A stretch of DNA of 64,000 nt from Enoplolaimus lenunculus. Taxonomy: Eukaryota. The stretch lies in assembly GCA_030248215.1 (NCBI GenBank), contig JASANG010002792.1:496001-560000 (forward strand), read 5' to 3'. A model generated the notes under the pieces. The model saw only the letters and a list, made by a program, of their open reading frames with translations, made no database searches and was not told where the DNA came from. Both the position numbers and the translations under genes were made by a program. Below, one piece after another: positions 55,801 to 64,000 of this stretch; positions within the stretch are counted from its first letter, which is position 1; each line of letters starts with the position of its first letter.

Positions 55801-58115
55801 GTGGCATTTAAATGCTCTTTATATTATTTCATAGTTTCTGAAAATTGTTGTATGACCGGTTCCAGAATTTGGGAAGGTTTCAAAGCACGAGCAATTTAAC
55901 AATTTGAACTTTCACGATAGCGGTGTTATATACCGCTGTTGGTTGTAGGTTTGCTGATTTTCTTTTTGCAAAGGCCTTTTCTTATTTCTGCTTTCGCATC
56001 TTTCTTCGTGGTGTATCAGTGTTTTAAAATTATTTATTTCCAGCTGGTTCGTATGAAACAGCTTTTCGTTTGTTGAATACTCAAATTGGTATCGTTGAAT
56101 TTGAACCGTTGAAAGCATTATTCGCGACGACTCACGTAAGATGACATTTTAGTCTAATGATATCAGTAGTCATTCATGTTAAAGACGATTATAAAAGCCG
56201 ATTTGGTCAGGTTTTAATTTTTTTTATTGCGTACATATGTAAAGGTAAAATTATTTGTATTTCAGAAAATTACCTTTTTGATAGCCTAAGATCGTTGAAT
56301 GCTTAAACCACGACTGTTTTGTTTAAAATTTTTAACGTTAAATACAATTCCGCTTGCTAAAACAGTTTCATGCAAACAAAACTAGACATTTTTGATTTGC
56401 CAACAACTGGCTATCTTCATATATATGAATAATACGTTGGCTGTTTAGGCACGGGGTCGTTCATGTTATTCCGCATTGCCAACTCTCTGCACGACGTACA
56501 CTTATCCACTACGAAATTGGAAAGAGGCAACACCGAAGACTGGATTGCCTGCTGTTGGATGCAGATTAAACGATCTAGCAACTAATCTTCAAATATGTTA
56601 TCAACTAACAACTGGAGGTATGTAATAAATTTATTCTGCATTTAAAGGCAATATTAATTTAGAACTATTCCAAAGTCACAAATAAAATAAAGATGTTTGT
56701 GTAGATCTATTGAGAAATAAATTGTACAATTTTGGGAATTTCCAATTTAACCATTCTAGGGAAGTTTGCTGAGGCTCGAACAAAGTTTCATAGTTTGCTG
56801 CTTAACGTAACAATGCTTGTTGTGGATAACAAGAATGAAATTACAGAAGCTCAGCAACTGATTGAAATATGCAAAGAATACATTGTTGGTATGTTGACAT
56901 TAGTTGTAAACGTATTCATCCACTCAAATCGTATAGTATTATAGCTGCTATATGTCTTTTTTGATTTCCAAAGCAAAATGCATCTTTTGTAATGGCGTCT
57001 GAGTGAGCTAAATTAGTGGGCTAAAATTTAGTATGTGCAAGATTGCGTTTACTGCAGTTTCTATTGACTCAACGGTTTTTCATATTATTCTGTTTGTTAT
57101 TTTGAGATATGTATTTGTTTTAACACTTAAACCGGCAGATTGTCGTAAACACTGTTTACATGTTAAAAAAATTACCGAAATTTTGTAGCATCATGTGGCT
57201 GGGTATATTGAAATATTTAGATGATTGAAATTTTAAAATTGATGAAACATTATTTTCAGGCATATCAATGGAGCTTGCGCGGAAGGAGCTTCCTAAAAAC
57301 ACCCTCGAAGAACAAAAACGAATAGCCGAAATGGCCGCGTACTTTACGCACTGTCAACTGCAACCCGTACATCAAATGTTGACGCTTCGCACAGCCGTCA
57401 ACCTAATGTTTAAATTGAAAAATTTGAAAACATGCGCATCGCTCACGCGTCGACTTCTTGAGTTGGGTCCGAAACCAGAAATATCTGCACAAATGCGAAA
57501 AATTCTAGCGGCATGTGAAAAAGATTTAACTGACGCGCATCAGGTATATCAGTACTTCTTATAGTAGTCTAAAATTTGATCCATTCTAGGGCCCATGTAT
57601 AAAACAGGGCCGGATCGTTTTCCGGTTGGGCTGTAATAGAGTCAGTTTAAATTGTAGACTAATTTTTTGCTTAGGCTGGGACCATTCTAGTATCGTGTTA
57701 AAGTTTCACAAAGACGATTCCATTTAAGCTGCAAAAGTTGCGTATTTGGTGTTTTAAAACTTTGGTTTCTAAAAACTCAATTTTCATGTCTAGGCTTCTG
57801 TTGCTTTCGGACTTTCGAGTATGTATGAAGGCCTGAAGGTATTTTAGGTCAGTTGTTGCCAACGTATTTATGTAACCTACATGCTATAAATCTGTTTATT
57901 CAACCTTTTAGATCGCGTACGATGAATTTAACCCGTTTTCATTGTGTGCAAAGACATACAAACCAATTTATCGTGGTAAACCAAGTAGCAAGTGTCCTTT
58001 CTGTGGTGCAACGTACATTCCTGAAGCAGAAAAAGAAATTTGTGTCGTTTGCCAAGTTTCAGAAATTGGAAAAGATTGCATTGGACTTCGTATTTGCCCG
58101 TTACAGTTTCGTTAA
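40825..58115 (+). CDS. COPA: Coatomer subunit alpha; 23 exons: 40825-40864, 41205-41392, 42451-42575, 42830-42972, 43344-43546, 43716-43956, 44261-44483, 44693-44879, 45249-45368, 45567-45737, 46138-46243, 46474-46647, 46887-47041, 47286-47474, 47801-47903, 48943-49134, 50128-50253, 55524-55685, 56044-56135, 56449-56617, 56760-56888, 57260-57543, 57912-58115
   Basis: Phases are consistent throughout (3726 nt, 1241 aa). Starts [19 protein letters not shown], then WD40 repeats ([44 protein letters not shown]), [39 protein letters not shown] and a C-terminal Cys-rich tail ending [10 protein letters not shown]. Confidence 0.97.
41536..42317. mobile_element. hAT-type non-autonomous element with CCGAGAC subterminal repeats in COPA intron 2
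   Basis: Ends are CAAAGATGG and CTATCTCTG. TSD CGTATTGT / CGTGTTGT (7 of 8 match). GAGACC motifs are repeated near both ends. Confidence 0.65.
51821..54115 (-). CDS. Nested antisense gene in COPA intron 17: ~266-aa single-pass membrane protein with Pro-rich tail and PPxY motif; exons 54115-53815, 52614-52481, 52186-51821
   Basis: Three segments are joined in frame by canonical sites (G|GTAAAT...TTTCAG| and ACG|GTAAGC...TTCCAG|). The product has a TM segment [20 protein letters not shown], then [17 protein letters not shown] and a Ser/Pro-rich tail. Further 5' exons cannot be excluded. Confidence 0.72.
53415..53660. mobile_element. hAT-type MITE in an intron of the nested gene; a partial related copy lies at ~10930-11094
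   Basis: TIRs CAGGGTTATT / AACAACCCTG. Perfect 8-bp TSD CTAAAAAG at 53407-53414 and 53661-53668. Confidence 0.85.
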
Positions 58116-59699
58116 TGTTTCGTAATGCACTTCATGATTTGGTTAAATTTTAATTATATCGTTGTTTTGTTTTCTCTGTGGCATGATTGACAAATTAAAA
58201 TCAGAGTGCAGTGGAAGGCCGTCTCTTGCTAAAACTTTTGATCATTCAGATTCGATTAATTTTTTCTTTTATATTTTTCTTCGATTTCTAAACGTTGTGG
58301 ACAGATTTTTCTTCCATGTTTGATGCAGGTTTTAATGTTTAGCTGCCGACGATGCAAGCTTTCAAAATGAAGAGTTTGTTATCGATAATGTCTTTCTATT
58401 TATGCTATTTAGACTTTTAATTTTGAATTTTTTGTTCACCCTAATGTTGAAGCGATATTACAGTTAAAATATGGTTTAATTTGCTTATTTTATAGCCGAC
58501 TCTGTGACATCTTAAAATTTTGGTTTCAGAGAAATTTTTAAGAAATCTCGACAATTAACTACTCAAAGAAGCACAAAATTCAAAGCCAAACGCAACGATC
58601 GATAAAATTTTTGTAACGCTGGAAAATCTCACTACCGAAGTTGTAGGTACCTGAGGAAAAAATTCTACCGGCTGAGGTCCATTTTACGCCGGAGCCGAAA
58701 GCAGACCTCCGGTTGTATCCTGGTAGGTATGCTTGCTTCAACAAGATTTCTGTTAATATCTGGCAAGGTCAATGGGGAAGTTTTCGGCCGATTTCATCTG
58801 TGTTATTTAATGTTAACTATATTATTTAAAATAAAGTTGCGGTTGATTTTTGTGAGAACTACCGTGCAGTTTGTCACGCCCGGTTTGAAAAAGCATCCGT
58901 ACCTTTAGCTTGAACTCGAAATAAAACTTCGTGACTTGAACTAAACTAAAGTTCGAGTAATAATTCCGTGAAACCATAGTGCTGGCGCAGCTTTTGTATA
59001 AGCTCCAAGGCTTGCAGCCCTATCCAATCTAATAATTGAAGTTTCTTAATTAAAACAATGTGTAATTGCCAAATTAGGTCAAAAGGTTTAAAAAAACATT
59101 TTTTGGTAACTTATGTTGGGCCGAAAATGATAACTTGTATACTGTAGTTACCCGAATAAGAGGGGGAGGGGTCCCCATTTTGAGTCCCAATCAATAGGTG
59201 TCCGTATCCCCAATAAGAGTCCGTAAGCGGATAGAGTCCCTAATTAGTGTCCATAAATGTCGATTATCCCTAATTGTGCCTAAATGAATCCAGGGCCAAT
59301 AATGTTTAGTTCAAACTTTAAAACGTACTTAAGTTTTAATGTAACATTCTGGAATAGCGGATGCAGCTGGCACAGCCAGGACGGCCATAGTTCAAAGGCA
59401 TCGCGTTTTCCCGCGGGACAGCAGTAGTGCCGGAGAGCAGCATTTGCTACCGCTGTTCATAGTGCATTCGTGAAGATTATTAAGATTTGTTGTTAAGGAA
59501 GTAGGCTTACGCTTTAGACCTAGGTTTTGGCTCTGGCTTAGGTTCAGGCTTCAAAGCTTTGGCTTAGGTTCAGGCTTCAAAGCTTTGGCTTAGGTTCAGG
59601 CTTCAAAGCTTTGGCTTAGACCTAGAGCTTAGGCTTGTCCTAGGCGTAGGCTTACGTTTTGTAGTTTTAGGCTTACGGCTTCAGTTTAAGTTTAGCCTC

Positions 59700-59865
59700 C
59701 GGCTGTCCCACTGTGCTGTCCCAACTGTCCCCGCTGTCCCAGCTTTCTCCGCTGTCCCAGCTGACCCCGCTGTTTCACCGGTCCCTACTGTCCCCGCTGT
59801 CCCAGCTGTCCCGTTGTCCCAGCTGTCCCGCTATCCTGGCTGTCTCGTTGTCCCAGCTGTCCGCT
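59700..59865 (+). repeat. 9-bp CTGTCCC(AG/CG) tandem repeat; inverted counterpart at ~21972-22092
   Basis: Repeated CTGTCCC units here and GGGACAG units at 21972-22092. Confidence 0.8.
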
Positions 59866-60640
59866 GCACTTCCTGGTGGAGGTTCCGGCAGTTTCTGTGG
59901 TGAAATTTTGCAGTTTAACAATATTTATTTCTTTGGCACGTTTCGATTTAACTTTTGGTATAATTTTATTGGAAAAAATTGTAGATATTTATTTTGTAAA
60001 CAATAAGCGAAAAAGCAAAAGATTCAAGTAACAACACCCTTGTATTTGCTAAAATTAGCAAATTACATGTCATTTTAACTGCCTAATTTCGCCTCCAGCC
60101 TCCGGTATTTTTCGTCTCAGGTTTCACCCTGCTGGCGTGCGTTTATAATGAGTTAGTTAAGCACCGAACCAATAGTATATAGCGTAAAAACGTGCTTTTA
60201 TTCAACTTTGATATTAAAAATCCAAGTCTTTTAGTTCATATCTTTGATATCGTAGATTCTGTCCGACATCGACGGCGCCTGAGCGTTTTGTGCGTTCTGA
60301 TTAACTGCTGCAAATCGTTTTTTCCGCCCAAAGAAGTTTTGCTGAGCGTTTTGTTGTACACCGCGTACGCATCCATTTTCAGGTCCTAAATAGCTTGTTT
60401 GGCTCACTTGGAATCAGTAAGACGCAACTGATAAAATTCCAGAGCCCTTACTGGTTAAAAATATGTATTATATGTATAGCTATAGATGTGCACCTGATTT
60501 CCGGTGCTTATGACGTTAACGTTCGATTTTGCAACTTGACTGTTAGGCAATATTTTGGCAAACGTACTAGTTCGTATTTATCATTAAATTGTTAGGTAAC
60601 AATGTAAGTTCTGCAATCACTACAGCCTCTGTTTCAGTAA

Positions 60641-60892
60641 CACTGTAAATTTCAGTGAGTTGATTTTAACTCACAATGAGTTGAATTACTCGGTCTGACT
60701 TAGGACTATCAAAACTCGGAATTTTGAGTTGATCCAATTCATTCAGAGTTAATTAACCTACCCACCCATAGTCAATTCAACTCAGATTGAGAATCAAATC
60801 AACTCAGAGTGAGTTAATGTTTACTGATGTTAATTCAGAGATAACCTAATCGCTAGCTGAATTGATTAATCAACTAATTTGAATTTACAGTG
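60641..60892. mobile_element. CACTGTAAA-ended MITE with internal GAGTTGA..AACTC repeats
   Basis: Inverted ends CACTGTAAATT / AATTTACAGTG and repetitive palindromic internal motifs. Confidence 0.55.
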
Positions 60893-62149
60893 AAGTTTTA
60901 CTTTAAACTGAAGAATGTGCGAAATCATTGGTGTTCAGGATCATACACTGCGAAAATCACTGCAGTGCTGCAATTTAAATTATACACTGCAATATTTACT
61001 CAACGCTGTTATTAATCTGTACTGTGTTTAAAATACTAGCAGTGCTTTTACCTGGCAATCCAAGATCTTCTTGATAGACGCAAAATGTTCCAGGATTACA
61101 GTAGTTGCAGTTGAAGTTGGGATTGACAAGAATTGGACGCTGCGGTGAAACAAATGCAAGATCTGAAGAGTTACACAGCCTTCGAAAATTGGTCCCTTCG
61201 TCGCGACACCAACAACAGTGCTGCAAAATGGAAATAAATATACTTAATTAAAATGTAAACCTCTATTTGACAACATCGGTTGTGGGGGACTTGGTTGTAT
61301 TAAGTAACTGACACAAATTCAAAACAAGTCTTTTTGCCCGTCTGTCTATCGTGAAAACTCAAAAATGATCATCTTGTAACTATTCAAATTCGTTGTCTGT
61401 TTGCATAAAATCAGCCAATCCATTTTGCACATTGTTTTTGGGAAGGCAGCTTCTATGATGGCAATCGTTTTCACAGATGTGAAATTACAACTCCATAGGT
61501 GGATGTGAAAAGTTGAGGATTTTCCATTTGTTTCAGAGCAAATCTATACTTTAGCTAAATCGGTATTCAATGTTATGTAGAATAGCCCGATTCTCAGTGA
61601 CGCGATCCGTTAACGGTTTATTGCCCAACCCGAATAGATATCCGACACAGCAACAAATAATACAATTGCCAATTGTATACTTTTACTCTTTGCCAATCCT
61701 GGCTATACTCAACAAACTAACCGTTTGATTCTAATTCTGATGCCACTAAGTTATGGTTACAACCAACCACAAGGTCATAAACTCCCAAAATTTTGCAGTA
61801 AAGTCCCAGATTCTCCTGTAATGAATAACAACCCTAACACCGGTGGGATTTGATAACCTTTCCCCAATTTCCAAAGTTCCTCCTAAATCTCTCCGGTACC
61901 ACCAAATATATGTTCACCTCAAGTTTTAAGAAAGACTAGGTGGAGCCAGAGCCTCCATCAAGGTGTGGTTTGATTTTAATTTTAGTATTTAGTTTGAAAT
62001 ATATCAGCGGCATAGCTATGTCACGGGCCCGCAGCCAAGGTGAGGCCAGGGGGGCTCAGCCCCCCCCCCCTGATGTTCCTTTAACGCTAAATCTAAAATG
62101 TACCATCGTTTAAAATGAGTCTTTGCTCTACTAAAATTTGTGATTTATA

Positions 62150-62713
62150 CAATGTACCTAACCCGGATATGAAAATTTTCGGGACCGGAGAAGAACTTTT
62201 ATATATCCGGGTTTCTGTTATATCCCGGTTTGTCTATTTCGGTTAGCTTAGATAGGTATGAGAACACTTCATATAGTACTGTTTACGCATAGAACACGTT
62301 TTTTAACATGTTATAGACATAAAAACACAGACAAAAATAGATTTTCAATCAGTGTTCACAAAGAATTCAGTCTAAAATTACATTTTAGGTAAACTAAAAG
62401 TACTGTCACGATAATTGACTTTAATCACTCAATTGCATTTGTCATTGAACTCCACTCTATCTCTCTCTCTATCTGAACCCTGTTTAAGTGATTACGACGT
62501 TAAGTACGCGGTCACAGAAAACGAACTCTTTTATATACGGAAGGACAGGACCGGAGAAAATATCTTATATCCGTGTTTTTCTTATATCAAGATTTCTTAT
62601 GAACAGGTCTAATTGAATTTATATACGTAACACAGGCTCTATTTGAGACAGAAAAAATCTCTCATATCTGACGTTTCTCCTATATCCGAGTCTCTTATAT
62701 CCGGGTTAGCCTG
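62150..62713. mobile_element. Tc1/mariner-pogo-like MITE
   Basis: Inverted ends CTAACCCGGATAT / ATATCCGGGTTAGCCTG-TA, with repeated TCTTATATCCG subterminal motifs. Confidence 0.55.
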
Positions 62714-63071
62714 TATCGTTTGGTTGAATTTTTATAACACAAAACAGTTGCAGTGTTAAGAGTTGCTTGAAACGTTTTAACTTACATCTTCATAACAACG
62801 CCATCTGTCAATTGTGTTCTTGAATGGAAGTGGGCAGTTCCACAATGAGTTTCCGTTGGTTGGACAATGGAAACCGTCTGGGTTCGCACACGCGTCTGAA
62901 AGTAATTGCTTAACTATAAACACCAACGGTGCCCGGAAATGTAATTCGACCTTCTCAAATAGCCAACCACACATCTGATTTAAACTACATATTGTTTTCG
63001 GATAGCGCAAACGCTTGCAGCTCCTATCCAATATAATCGTTGAAGTTCCAAAAATAATAAAACAATGTGTA

Positions 63072-63280
63072 CACTGCAAAAAATGGGGAGTCAAATTGAC
63101 TCTCTCGGAAACAGGCTTTTCCTGACTACACAAACTGAGTCAAATTCGACTCCACCAGAGTCAAATTCGATTCACTATGTCACACGTTTGACTGTGGCGG
63201 AGTCGAATTTGACTCAGTATGTGTAGTCAGGAAAAGCCTATTTCCAAGAGAGTCAATTTGACTTCCCATTTTTTACAGTG
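63072..63280. mobile_element. Palindromic (foldback) TA-flanked MITE with ~90-bp TIRs
   Basis: CACTGCAAAAAATGGGGAGTCAAATTGACTCTC... is the near-perfect reverse complement of ...GAGAGTCAATTTGACTTCCCATTTTTTACAGTG. TA lies on both sides, and an empty paralogous site exists at ~59051-59140. Confidence 0.9.
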
Positions 63281-64000
63281 TAATTGACAAATTAGGTCAA
63301 AAAGTTTAAAAAACATTTTTGTTAACTATATATAATGCTAGGCCGAAAGTGATAAATTGTCTACACTTAGCAGAGCACTTAACATCTATTCTTTAGATAT
63401 ATTACTTCCTAAACCTAAATATTAACAGTTTCCGGGTGAACCGTTGCGTTATAGCATGCTCACGCAACTTGAAGCTCTATATTGATGATACATATTTCGG
63501 CCAATGTAAAGAACAGGGGCAGAACAGTATTATAAGCATATTTCTAAGCCTAAGCCTAAACCTAAGCCTAAAGCATAAGCGTAAAAATGAGCATATTGCT
63601 AAGCCTAAGCCTAAGCTTAAGCCTAAGCGAAATTCCCAAATATTTTCATCTGACTTAAGTATATTACACTAGTTTACACTTAAGCTGGGGTTACCTATCG
63701 TAGAGAAACTTTAAAAACTACTGAAGAGTTATTCAATTATTATGGGATGGACTGGCTGGCGAAATCTTATTTTCACGTACTTATACACAGCTGAAAAATA
63801 TTACTTATATGTATATCCGTAAATCTTAAACGAGGGTCTAAAGCCAACAGTTTTTCCAGGAACCATGGACCTGAAATAATGCGTCAGTCCAAACTATAAT
63901 AACCTGTTGTTTCGTATTATTCGAGAGACTGTGCTTACCTGCGTAACCGAGCAACAAAGAAACTACGCTTGAGATCAAAATTAATAGCATTGTGAGTTAC

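Overview
This is AT-rich eukaryotic DNA with spliceosomal introns, most likely from a nematode. That assignment is an inference from degenerate TTAGGC/GCCTAA telomere-type repeats, TTTTAG/TTTCAG acceptors and the MRPL15 sequence. By splicing exons by hand I reconstructed four conserved multi-exon genes: TMEM242-like (+, 5' end unresolved), eukaryotic release factor 1 (-, 11 exons, 448 aa), mitochondrial ribosomal protein L15 (-, 5 exons, 294 aa) and coatomer alpha (COPA, +, 23 exons, 1241 aa, first intron GC-AG). A 3-exon antisense gene for a single-pass membrane protein with a PPxY motif lies inside COPA intron 17. Introns and intergenic DNA are packed with mobile DNA: a 4.4 kb Ingi-type LINE with a 14-bp TSD (2A peptide, PHD, APE, RT, RNase H, CCHC; frameshifted), decayed RTE, Vingi-like and CR1-like LINEs, tRNA-derived repeats, and many MITEs, some nested four deep. 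Three leads stand out. (1) The eRF1 stop is UGA-C followed by 65 open in-frame codons, a candidate readthrough-based autoregulatory circuit. (2) The Ingi LINE has an intact StopGo 2A motif and an HDV-like pseudoknot at its 5' end. (3) The nested PPxY membrane-protein gene has no family I can confidently assign. All coordinates were derived by eye and no searches were run.
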